Positions 34,139-43,148 are shown, counted from the first letter of the stretch. The stretch is DNA of 64,000 nt from an uncultured Thalassospiraceae bacterium (GCA_964344215.1 CAYFMP010000010.1:7446-71445); one strand, 5' to 3'. Notes: generated from the letters alone by a model not told the origin. Translations and numbers: made by a program.

Positions 34139-37100
34139 TTACTGGCTCCACGACCCGTCGGCCTGCCGGCAGGCGACGGATTGTCCGGTGCGTTCCTCGC
34201 GTCCCTTGAGGATGAATATCTGCCGATAGACGCGGCAGGGCTCGCCGTTCTGACCCGCGAAGCGGCCGCTCAGGACGATCAGGCCGGCATGTCCGATTCC
34301 GTTGTTCTCCCAGCGAAAAGCCTCTCCGTCGCGGGCGATCTGAAAAGCCGCCAGGTAGGTTTCGTGAATGACATCGCGGTCGGCCTTCGTCAGCCGCGTC
34401 TTCACGGAATCGCTGACGCCGGGGCCGAGCAACGTCGTGTCGATGCGCTTCAGGAACGCGAGCTTCGCCTGCTGCATTGCCTGCTTCTTGGCTTCCTGCT
34501 CCTTGATCTCGAGCAACCGCTGCTGCTCGGCCAGCGCCTGCTGCGCGCGCGCTTCGAGAACCGTGGCCCGCTGCGCCATCAGGCCCTCGTGCCCGGGGGA
34601 TACGTCGAGCCCCTTGGCGGCGAAGGACCCGGCCTTCTCGAATTCCTCCATTATGAGGGCGTTCCTCGACAGTGCCAGATAACGCTCGGCGATGCGGACC
34701 ATTCCTTCCTTTGCTTCTCGGCTGTCCGGATCGATTTCGAGGACGCTCCGGAGCGTCTCGTAGGCGTTGTCGCCGGGCGGCGCGGTCAGGCGATCCGCGG
34801 CCAGCTGCCCGGCGGCCGTATCGAGGAGTTGGCGGAGCCGGTCGGATGGGGGCGGCGGCGCCAGCGAGGCCGTAACCGCCGCCGATTCCTTTTCGAGATC
34901 CTCGGAAAGCTCCTTTTGCGGCGGTGTTTGGCCCGGCCGCTCGTAGGCGACCAGTCGCGGTTGTCGTGCCGCCACGGTGCGTCCTTCCTTGTCCACTTGA
35001 ATCAGGGTCGTCTTGCGATCGGCGATCTCGACGCCGTCGATGCGGACATCCTTGCCGGCGGCGCGGATCACCACGCCGTAAACGCCGGCCGGAACCTCCA
35101 CGGCCGGGCCGCCGACCCGTCCGTCCGCGATCGTCTCTCCGCCCAGGTCGCGCACCTCGAACGGCGCGTTGAAGGTTTGGCGGAGGGCGGCGCGAAGCTT
35201 TTCTGCGTTGCCGGCTTCGTAGAACGTACCGCCAGCCACTTCCGCCAGGTCGCGAAGACTGTCGGCGATGTTCTTGCGGCCGACGGCGAATCCGACGATG
35301 TCCATTCGAACCTTGAAACCGGACTCCCGCAAGTCGCGGATAACTTCCGGCGGAAAGTATGGACTTCCCGGTCCATGGCAATCGTCGACGCCGTCGGTGA
35401 CCAGGATCACCTTTCTGTCCTCGGCGTCGGACGGAAAGTCGCCGGGGATCTGGCTCAGGCTGTAGCCCATGGCCGTCTGGCTCTTGCGCCCGCCGTGGAC
35501 GCGCTGGCCGATCCATTCGATGAGCTTGCCCCGGTAATCCGCGTTCATCGGCACGATCTTCGCCACCTGCCCCGTCGTCGAGAGACAGCGATCGCGCTTG
35601 CTGGCGTTGGGATTGCTCGGCGGAAACCCGAAAGCCCGCAGTCCCAGAAGAACCCCGTCGGGGATGTCCTCGATCATGCCGATAAGCGCTTTCTTCGCCG
35701 CCGTCAGCCTGTTCTTCTCTTTCGGGCAGCGGACGTCGCGGTTCAGGCACCATCCCATGCTGCCGGAGAGATCGACCACGAGGTCGATGGCGGCGGCGTT
35801 CGGGGCGACGACCCGCTCGCCGATCTCTTCTATTCGCAGGGTTCCCATGCCCCGGGATACGTCGGCTTTGAGGCGGTAAAAGGTATCGCTCGAGATTTCC
35901 TCGCGAACGGCGCCATAGAGATCGACAAGTCTTTCGGAGGCGGGCGTGAACAGGAACCGCCCGCCGGTCGCTTCCGCCATGGCGCGCAGCGTGTCGGCGC
36001 CGGTGCTGGCGTAGTCCTTGGAGAAGACGTCCCAAAAATAACTCAACGGCTCGCCGAGCCCGATGGTGTAAATGCGGACGGAATCGGTCTCGACGGTCTC
36101 CCAGAACTTCCGGTAGGACGCGCCCTTGGACGTGGAATCCTTGCCGTCGGTCATGGCGATGATGGCCCTGTTCCCGACCTTGCCGACCGCTTCCTTGGCG
36201 GCGACGATGGCGTCGAAGAACGAGGTCCCCCCCTTGGCATAGATCACACGATCCTTTCCGGTGTTTTCCAGAATCCCGATCAGCAGGCAATGCTGCCGGG
36301 CCGATCCGCTCTCGGGGCAGGCGTCCTTGACCTGCTGCTGTGCCTTCTCTGGATCGATTTCCTCGACATCCGCCCCGAACCGAATCAGACGGATGTCCTC
36401 GTCGGCCGGGGCGCCGCGGATATAGGAAACGAGCGCCTCGCGCAGGTGCTCGGTCCGGCCCTCCATGCTGCCGCTGGTGTCAAAGACGAGAGCGACCGTG
36501 GTCCTCGGCTGACTGACGCGGAACCGGTAACGACCGGCCGGCACGTTCCACGACCAGTCGAACCGGGGCGTCGTCGCCGTCGCCGGGCTGAAGGTCTTGA
36601 CCGTGTTTCCCGTCTCGTCCTCCAGTCCGACCGAGGTTCGAATGTAGGGCCGACTCTCCATCTCCACGTTGATGGTGTTGAAAGGTTCCTCCGGCGCCAA
36701 GGCGAAGAAATCGGTCTCGCCGGAGCGGGTTCGACCGGCGACGGTTTTTCCCGTTTGCAGCGGGTTGGCCGTGGCCGGCGTATCGTTGGCCTCGGTCTCG
36801 CAAACGACGTCGGCGCCGCCGCAGGCGAACGGCTCGACGCCGCCCGGTGTCGTTGCCCGCGCCCCCACGGCTTCGCTACCGGGTCGGGCCTCGACGAGGA
36901 TAGAGTGGCGGCCGCCGGCGGTCTCCTCGATCACGCGGACCTTCCCTAGGGTCGTGCGCGAACCGCCGTGATTCGACAGGATGCGCAACTCCACATAGCG
37001 CGCCGGTGTCGGTTCATTGAAGACAAGCTCCCATGGGCCGCCTTCTTTCGACAGGACCAGCGGCTGCGGTCGGTCGAAAGCCGCCGTCCGGAAATCGGCA

Positions 37101-39787
37101 ACCGGGCTTCGGCGCGAGACCAGGACCCGGAGGTCCTTGATGCGCGTCTCCGGCGGATCAGTGGCCGAGGGGACGACAACGATCTTGCGAAGTAGCGCCT
37201 CGCGGCCGTCGCGGAAGCCGATCACCAACCGAATGGGGAAGTCCTCCTCGCCCCGCGTCTCGGGTGTTGCCCAGGCCATCTTCTCCAGCTTTTCGTCACG
37301 ATGGTCGATCAGCAGGCTGGCGTTTCTTTCCTGCTCCTGGGTCGAGAAGAACGCCAGGTGTCCGCCCAAGCGGGAGTCGGCGATGTCGAACTCGGCGTCG
37401 GCCAGGACGGAAGCGCGGCCGGCCGCCTCGAAGACCTTGACCTCGCCCAGGACCGGCGCCTTGCCGCCGTAGGTGGAGCGGACGATCAACTTCAGGAAAC
37501 GCGCCTCGGTCGGCGCGAATCGCACCACCCGGGGTCCCCAGTCGGAATCCAGGATATAGGTGCCGATCTTCGCAAAACCGGCTTCGTCCTGAAAACTCTC
37601 CGCCGTCGAGGCGTGCAGTTCGAACAGACGGACGTGGCGAGCGGGCTTCCTGCCTCCGGCTTCGACGCGGGAATCCAGTACCACGGTGTCGATCGTGGCC
37701 ACTTGCCCGTCTCGAAAAGCGAGGATCAGTTGTTGGGTCTGGCCCGGTCCGTCATTCCCCGACCAGCCCGGCGACGCCGCGTGGCTGCCGTCCGTCAGGT
37801 ATCTCGCGAACCAACCGTTGTCGTTGTACGGATAGGAGCCGGCGTATTCGGAAGTGGCGGCGACGACACGGCCGCCGAGGCCGTTCCAGGCGATATTCAG
37901 GCGGCCCGCCGTCTGCCCGGCCAGCGGTTCCGTGAAAGCTTCGGCCAACAGGGTGGTCTCGCCGGCGGCCGGGGTTTCGGGGACGATCACGTCGTCGATC
38001 GCCGCCCTCAGCGTGTAGGGTTCTCCGCCGATGGCTCGATAAACGGACCGTATGGCGACGCGAAGGCGGCGGGCGCGGACGGCCGGAAACGAGAGTTCCT
38101 GGTAGGCCTCGACGTTGTCCAGCAGATAGGTGCCGAGCGGCGTGAAATCGCCGGCCTGTTCGGAGTTCGAGTAGGACACCTCCACCTCTCTCGGCACTGC
38201 GGTCTTGGAATACCCGCCGACGACGGGGCGCAGGAGAAGGCGGTCGAGCCGCGCCTCACGCCCGTCCAGGAAGCCGAGGACGAATCCCTGGCCGGCGGCG
38301 GCGCCCGCAGTCAGCCACGATCCCGCCGAGGGGCCGATCAGCTTGTCCTTGTCGGCGGCGCGCGACGACACCCAGATCACCCGGCCGCCGAGGGCGGGAT
38401 CGGCCAGGTTGGCCATGCGGTCGCTCTTCGCGACCTCGGCCACCGGCCGCGTCCGAACGCCCTCGAGTATCGACGGGCGGCCCTGGGATTCCAGGGCCAT
38501 CAACTCGACGATCCCGTAGCGGCCGCCGGCGTGGGTGGAAAGCACCCTGAGCTTGAGCCGCCGCGCCCGGACCGGCGCGAAGGCGATCTCCTGGAAGCGC
38601 ATCACCGGCCGCATCTGAGCCCGTCCGACGGTTCTGAAGTCGTCTCCCTCGGCGCTGGAGGACACGGCCACCTCGATCTCTTTCGGAAAGCCCCGCCCCT
38701 TGTCCGGCATCACAACGACCTTTTCGAGCAGCGCCTCGCGGTCGCCGAAGAACGAGAACACCAGGTCGTGCGGCAGGTCGGCCCGTTGCGGGAGCCAGTT
38801 GGTGTACGAGTCGCCGTCGATCATCCTGATTCTTTCGCTCTTGTAGGACGGCACGGACGCGACCCATCCACCGTTGGCGAAGGCGGCGACGTTGACGGCC
38901 GGGCCGACGTCGGCTTCCTCGATCGGGTGGACCGGCAACGTCGGCGTCGGTTCCGCTTCCGCCGCCGATCCGGCCGGCGGGGACGCCGGTTCGGCGGCAT
39001 CTGGCGCGGCGGCGGGCTTCGAGGTTGCGGGCGCAACCGGCGCCTCGGCCGTTTCGGTCGCCGATGCCGCCGAAGGCGGTGGCGCCTCGGGCGTTTCGGT
39101 GGCCGGCGCGGCGACGGCGCCGGCCGGCGGTTCCGCCGCCTCCAGGACCATGATCTCGCCGATCGCCGCTTTTCGCGGCTTGCCGGGCCTGCCTTCGTAG
39201 ATCGACAGGATGCGGACGCGGACGAAGCGCGCCGGCCGCGGCGCGAAGGCCAGCGACTGCAAGCTCTTTTGTTCCTTCAGCAGATAGACGCCGACGGCCT
39301 CGAAGCCGGTTTTCGGTCCGCTCGCCGAAACGGCGATCTCGACCTCCTTGGGCAGCCGCCCGCGCTGCCAGTGGCCGGAGCGGATCACCACCCGGTCGAT
39401 TGTCGCCGTCCCGCCGCCCAGTTCGATGACGATGTCCGTGGGCTCGACCGGCGACAGGTCCTCGCCCGCCCGCCAGCCGTTTTTCAGCTTGCCGTCGATG
39501 AGACGGTCCTTGGCGAAATCGTTGGACGGCACGCCGACGACCCGGCCGCCGGCCGCGGAAAGCGCCAGATTGCTAGAGGCCGAAAGTTCGGGATCGGCAA
39601 TTGGCTTTGCTACCTCGGCTTCAGCCGCCAGCGGGAGCACGGTTGGAATACTGAGTAGAAGGCCGGCGACAGTTGCAGCAGCGCAGCAGAACGCAAGTCG
39701 GGCACTGAGACGTGCGACAGGGTTTGGAGAAAGACATGTTACCGTGTCAACGTATGTATATCTCCGTTCGTGTGTCCGCCAAAACAT
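34139..39787 (-). CDS. Giant (1,882 aa) membrane-anchored multidomain surface protein: 5x discoidin-like, PPC-like, 2x vWA, coiled coil, surface-antigen-like end
   Basis: ATG at 39785-39787, or TTG at 39814. ORF-track numbering: TM 41-65; F5/8-type-C-like modules about 80-225, 305-442, 468-612, 638-796, 808-963; PPC-like 1003-1102 (NDTPATANPL); vWA1 1105-1300 (DTSGSM, GGTSFF, MTDGKD); vWA2 1342-1550 (DLSGSM, SQTAMG, VTDGVDD); coiled coil 1750-1790; C-terminal WENNGIGHAG...CRVYRQ...ACRQADGSW. Confidence 0.85.
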   Translation of the reverse strand: MFWRTHERRYTYVDTVTCLSPNPVARLSARLAFCCAAATVAGLLLSIPTVLPLAAEAEVAKPIADPELSASSNLALSAAGGRVVGVPSNDFAKDRLIDGKLKNGWRAGEDLSPVEPTDIVIELGGGTATIDRVVIRSGHWQRGRLPKEVEIAVSASGPKTGFEAVGVYLLKEQKSLQSLAFAPRPARFVRVRILSIYEGRPGKPRKAAIGEIMVLEAAEPPAGAVAAPATETPEAPPPSAASATETAEAPVAPATSKPAAAPDAAEPASPPAGSAAEAEPTPTLPVHPIEEADVGPAVNVAAFANGGWVASVPSYKSERIRMIDGDSYTNWLPQRADLPHDLVFSFFGDREALLEKVVVMPDKGRGFPKEIEVAVSSSAEGDDFRTVGRAQMRPVMRFQEIAFAPVRARRLKLRVLSTHAGGRYGIVELMALESQGRPSILEGVRTRPVAEVAKSDRMANLADPALGGRVIWVSSRAADKDKLIGPSAGSWLTAGAAAGQGFVLGFLDGREARLDRLLLRPVVGGYSKTAVPREVEVSYSNSEQAGDFTPLGTYLLDNVEAYQELSFPAVRARRLRVAIRSVYRAIGGEPYTLRAAIDDVIVPETPAAGETTLLAEAFTEPLAGQTAGRLNIAWNGLGGRVVAATSEYAGSYPYNDNGWFARYLTDGSHAASPGWSGNDGPGQTQQLILAFRDGQVATIDTVVLDSRVEAGGRKPARHVRLFELHASTAESFQDEAGFAKIGTYILDSDWGPRVVRFAPTEARFLKLIVRSTYGGKAPVLGEVKVFEAAGRASVLADAEFDIADSRLGGHLAFFSTQEQERNASLLIDHRDEKLEKMAWATPETRGEEDFPIRLVIGFRDGREALLRKIVVVPSATDPPETRIKDLRVLVSRRSPVADFRTAAFDRPQPLVLSKEGGPWELVFNEPTPARYVELRILSNHGGSRTTLGKVRVIEETAGGRHSILVEARPGSEAVGARATTPGGVEPFACGGADVVCETEANDTPATANPLQTGKTVAGRTRSGETDFFALAPEEPFNTINVEMESRPYIRTSVGLEDETGNTVKTFSPATATTPRFDWSWNVPAGRYRFRVSQPRTTVALVFDTSGSMEGRTEHLREALVSYIRGAPADEDIRLIRFGADVEEIDPEKAQQQVKDACPESGSARQHCLLIGILENTGKDRVIYAKGGTSFFDAIVAAKEAVGKVGNRAIIAMTDGKDSTSKGASYRKFWETVETDSVRIYTIGLGEPLSYFWDVFSKDYASTGADTLRAMAEATGGRFLFTPASERLVDLYGAVREEISSDTFYRLKADVSRGMGTLRIEEIGERVVAPNAAAIDLVVDLSGSMGWCLNRDVRCPKEKNRLTAAKKALIGMIEDIPDGVLLGLRAFGFPPSNPNASKRDRCLSTTGQVAKIVPMNADYRGKLIEWIGQRVHGGRKSQTAMGYSLSQIPGDFPSDAEDRKVILVTDGVDDCHGPGSPYFPPEVIRDLRESGFKVRMDIVGFAVGRKNIADSLRDLAEVAGGTFYEAGNAEKLRAALRQTFNAPFEVRDLGGETIADGRVGGPAVEVPAGVYGVVIRAAGKDVRIDGVEIADRKTTLIQVDKEGRTVAARQPRLVAYERPGQTPPQKELSEDLEKESAAVTASLAPPPPSDRLRQLLDTAAGQLAADRLTAPPGDNAYETLRSVLEIDPDSREAKEGMVRIAERYLALSRNALIMEEFEKAGSFAAKGLDVSPGHEGLMAQRATVLEARAQQALAEQQRLLEIKEQEAKKQAMQQAKLAFLKRIDTTLLGPGVSDSVKTRLTKADRDVIHETYLAAFQIARDGEAFRWENNGIGHAGLIVLSGRFAGQNGEPCRVYRQIFILKGREERTGQSVACRQADGSWSQ

Positions 39788-39861
39788 CCCTTTTTCTTCG
39801 TCGATGTTCACCAATTTCGTTTTCTCGTTCGATAGAGAATCTGGTTACACTGCTCCTCTAT

Positions 39862-42405
39862 CTACAGTCTTCCACCTAGGATCTTTCCAGGGTTCCCCAT
39901 ACTCGGAACGGTTCCAATAATCCCACCAACCACCTGAACAATGATTGCCTGGTAAAAACGTTTCCGGCCCAATGAAAGAATTCCCCCGAATCCAGAAACC
40001 AAACCAGCGAATCCACAGATCCCGACATCGGTCCAATCGTTCGCGCTGATCATGCACTGACCGACGTTTATGATGCCGACTAACACATGGATAATGAATC
40101 TCTCAGTAAGGTCCTGACCTCTTCCCCCTTCCATTATGCCCAGCAGATCTCCGTTGGTCGGATCAATTCGCCACCATCCCACGAGGAGGCCAGAGGTCGT
40201 TTCAGAAAACTTCTCCGGCACAATGACGACGGCACCTCTGCGCAGGTCTCCTTCAATGTCCGCTTTCGCATTCTCCGAAATTTCGAGTTGTTCCAATTCA
40301 CTCAAGGATTTTTCATCGCCGCGCAATAAAACCAGCCGAACGTCATTCTTAGCGGCAGCGTCGAAAACGGCTTTTATATTGTTCGAAACCCGCCAGGAAC
40401 CTGGTGAAGAGTTCGCTGGCCTCACGAAAAGTTGGGCGAGGTGCCTCTCAACGGCCGTCTCGATGATGCCCTTGTACATTCGGTATTTTGTGGCACTCCG
40501 GCCTTCAGCATCGTTTGCTTCATTTTGCCTGGAAAACACACGTACGGGAGTGCGAACGATGTCAAATCCTTCGGTCATTGTGGCTTGTTTCGCGCCCTTG
40601 GCCGACATACGCCGCTCGTAGATCACCAATCCGGGTCGGTTGACGAAGGATCGGAGGTCGGGAAATCGTATTTCTGCAAGGGATGCCGCAGCCGATGCCG
40701 AGTTTCTCTCAAATTCCATCAACCTACTTGGAAACAACCGAACTCTTTGCTTGGCAATAGAAGTGTCCTCGGCGGAACGATTGTACGCTATGCTCAACAG
40801 TGAATTCAGGTACTTCCTGTTTCCCGTGATTGTTGCAATATGACTGTAGGTGAGATAGGCCTCATCAAGTAGTCCTACTGGCGTCATGATTTCCATGGAG
40901 CGAAACAGTTGTAGTTTCAGCTTTTCGATGTCCCGGTACACTCTGGGGTGAGCGGACCAATGTTCCCTCCCACTCTTCGACCATTTTTCGATCGAGATTG
41001 ATTTTGCGATGTCACGGCGAACGCTGAACCGACTCACCTCCGCTCCTAGACCCCGTGGCGAATCCAAAGTGTAGGTCGCCCAAAGCCCTCCGATGCGCTT
41101 GCCATCCGATTGCGGCGGAGTCGTCGAATTCTTACTGGTTGTTGGTTGTGTCAGAGGCGTCAATCGTCCAATGATCGACGTTAACGTTTCCCTTTGGGGC
41201 GCGGCAAAGTTTCCAAGCATCGTTGCCAACGAACCTTTCTTATAGTCGTAAACCCTGCCGTGGAAGTCGAAGGAGCGGCCGATTACGGGGTCGTAATCTC
41301 CAACAATCAGCATAGGCGTGAATTCGGAGATAGCCGCAATCCTCTCCCTCGACGTTAGTTTTTGGTTGGGGTTTATGTTTGGTAGATTGATCAGGACAAC
41401 GCTCTGGCCGACTAATTCTGCTACGCGCAGTTTCACCGCGAGCAGCTCGTGATCTACGGTTTCACCGCCATTCTGCATTTCCGCATGGTCAATCGTGCGA
41501 AGTATGACACTCAAGCCGAGGACATGAAAAAGCCTATCGGGCAAGGTATTTAAAAAATACGATGGATCGGCTGGAACTTCCCCAACGTTGGAGTTGCCGA
41601 ACGAAGGGTCGACGTTGATCCAATTTCCCGATCGGTCTTGAAATTGCACCCAGAAATGCTCACGCGCTTCGGCCACCATCTCTTTATACGTTCGGCCACG
41701 GTCATCATCGGTTCCGAGTGCGACCCCGTATTCGGACAGTGTGTGATTGATTAGCGCATAATCGTCTTCCACATCTTCCCAGAGATGTTCCGCAAAATCC
41801 TCAGATCGATCGGTAATCTCACTGTGAACACGCTGTAGAGCAGAATTATCGAGACCCAACATACCTAAAAGCTTGCTCACTTCTTCCAGAGTGATTATGT
41901 CCGCTTTATCGCCAAGTGTTGTTTTTGGTTCGAATACTTCTTCCACCAACCTCTTGGCATCGCCATCGCCGAGCCGTCCCATGGCGAACCGCGTCTTGAA
42001 CCCATTCTTTTTCAGAAGTTCCGCCAGCAGCACGCTTTGATCGAGCGAGTTGCCGGCCCGTCCCATCAGCGTCCCCTTGGCGCCGCGCAACACCCCCCAA
42101 TAGGGCTCGTAGCGCACCTCGTCGCGGACGAAGGCGAAGATCTTCTCGACGTCCGGCCCCAGCGCCTCCGCCTTGGCTTCGACGTCGAACCTGGTCTTGT
42201 CGATCTTCCCTTCCAGGTATTCGAGGGCGGCGAACATGCGGTCCAGCCGCTCCTTCGCCTGCTCGTAGGTCAAGTCGGGCCGGGCTTCGCCCGGCGCCGG
42301 CGCGCCGGTCTGGGCGACGACTTGAGACGGCAGCACGGTCGCCGCCGCGAAGGCGGCGGCGGTGAGCGCGGCGATGGTTTTCCGACGAACGATGGAACAA
42401 AGCAC
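39862..42405 (-). CDS. Secreted transglutaminase-fold protein (Ser at the nucleophile position) with a Gly-rich hydrophobic C-terminus
   Basis: 847 aa from the GTG at 42403-42405 (GGGAGG 7 nt upstream). Signal peptide ...AAFAAATVLPSQVVAQ. TGase-core-like VRDEVRYEPYWGVLRGAKGTLMGRAGNSLDQSVLLAELLKKNGFKTRF and HFWVQFQDRSGNWINVDPSF. Confidence 0.78.
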   Translation of the reverse strand: MLCSIVRRKTIAALTAAAFAAATVLPSQVVAQTGAPAPGEARPDLTYEQAKERLDRMFAALEYLEGKIDKTRFDVEAKAEALGPDVEKIFAFVRDEVRYEPYWGVLRGAKGTLMGRAGNSLDQSVLLAELLKKNGFKTRFAMGRLGDGDAKRLVEEVFEPKTTLGDKADIITLEEVSKLLGMLGLDNSALQRVHSEITDRSEDFAEHLWEDVEDDYALINHTLSEYGVALGTDDDRGRTYKEMVAEAREHFWVQFQDRSGNWINVDPSFGNSNVGEVPADPSYFLNTLPDRLFHVLGLSVILRTIDHAEMQNGGETVDHELLAVKLRVAELVGQSVVLINLPNINPNQKLTSRERIAAISEFTPMLIVGDYDPVIGRSFDFHGRVYDYKKGSLATMLGNFAAPQRETLTSIIGRLTPLTQPTTSKNSTTPPQSDGKRIGGLWATYTLDSPRGLGAEVSRFSVRRDIAKSISIEKWSKSGREHWSAHPRVYRDIEKLKLQLFRSMEIMTPVGLLDEAYLTYSHIATITGNRKYLNSLLSIAYNRSAEDTSIAKQRVRLFPSRLMEFERNSASAAASLAEIRFPDLRSFVNRPGLVIYERRMSAKGAKQATMTEGFDIVRTPVRVFSRQNEANDAEGRSATKYRMYKGIIETAVERHLAQLFVRPANSSPGSWRVSNNIKAVFDAAAKNDVRLVLLRGDEKSLSELEQLEISENAKADIEGDLRRGAVVIVPEKFSETTSGLLVGWWRIDPTNGDLLGIMEGGRGQDLTERFIIHVLVGIINVGQCMISANDWTDVGICGFAGLVSGFGGILSLGRKRFYQAIIVQVVGGIIGTVPSMGNPGKILGGRL

Positions 42406-42632
42406 GGCCTCGCCTCCCTTCAGGACCGGAAAGGAATCCCCGGGGCTTCCCGGCTCCACTCGCCTCCCTGCCTTCGTCAAAGCGGGAGGTCGCATTTCGT
42501 AATATCCATACTATCGTTCAGGTTTTTCGAGTATGACGGAAATCCGTCCGCCGTCCAAGCCGCGAAACCGTTCGTCTGCTGGTCCCTCGATTACCGGAGT
42601 TTTCCGCCGCCTCTACCAGCCGTCCAGTCAAA

Positions 42633-42977
42633 TTAGCCAGGTCCGGGCACGCTCGAATTCGGCCCGTCGAAGACGCAAGGCGCGCAGAGCCGGTCGCAGC
42701 GGAGCGCCGCCAGGATGTCCTTCAAACCGTGCAGCGTCAGGTGCGGTGTTCGGCGGATTTGCTCAACGATGAAGTCCCGATGTCGATCAAGGACTAGACG
42801 GCGATGTCCGCCCATCTGGCCCGGCGCCACGCTGCCCGTCGCCCAATAGCGTTGCGACCACTTCACCACAGAGGAAACCGCAACACCAAAACGCTCGCCA
42901 ACAGACCGGCAGCTCTCCCCAGACCCAACCGCCGAAACAACCCGTTCTCGAAGATCATTGGAAAAAGGCCGTGCCAT
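42633..42977 (-). mobile_element. IS630-family transposase N-terminal remnant
   Basis: MARPFSNDLRERVVSAVGSGESCRSVGERFGVAVSSVVKWSQRYWATGSVAPGQMGGHRR... is the HTH part of IS630-type transposases. Homology stops after about 95 aa. No DDE domain or inverted repeats were found. Confidence 0.7.
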
Positions 42978-43148
42978 GGAGGCTGGCCTCCTCCTCGAGC
43001 ATCCATCCTGAATCACATTCTCAGCAAAATGGGGATCCCATGTCGATTCAATCACGCAATGACAGGCTCTAGAACGACATCACCAAGACCCAAACAACCG
43101 AGCTTGTCTCATGGGCCCGATTATAGAAGCGGACTTCTCGACCCACAC

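Noticed and set aside
33888-39658. Very long alternative-frame and antisense ORFs over the giant gene: 33888-36290 minus (800 aa), 34085-36949 plus (954 aa), 37301-39658 plus (785 aa).
   Set aside because: Their translations are Arg/Gly/Pro/Ala-rich low-complexity strings with no motifs. This is typical of shadow frames in about 65 % GC DNA, where stop codons are rare. The 1,882-aa frame has clear domain signatures.
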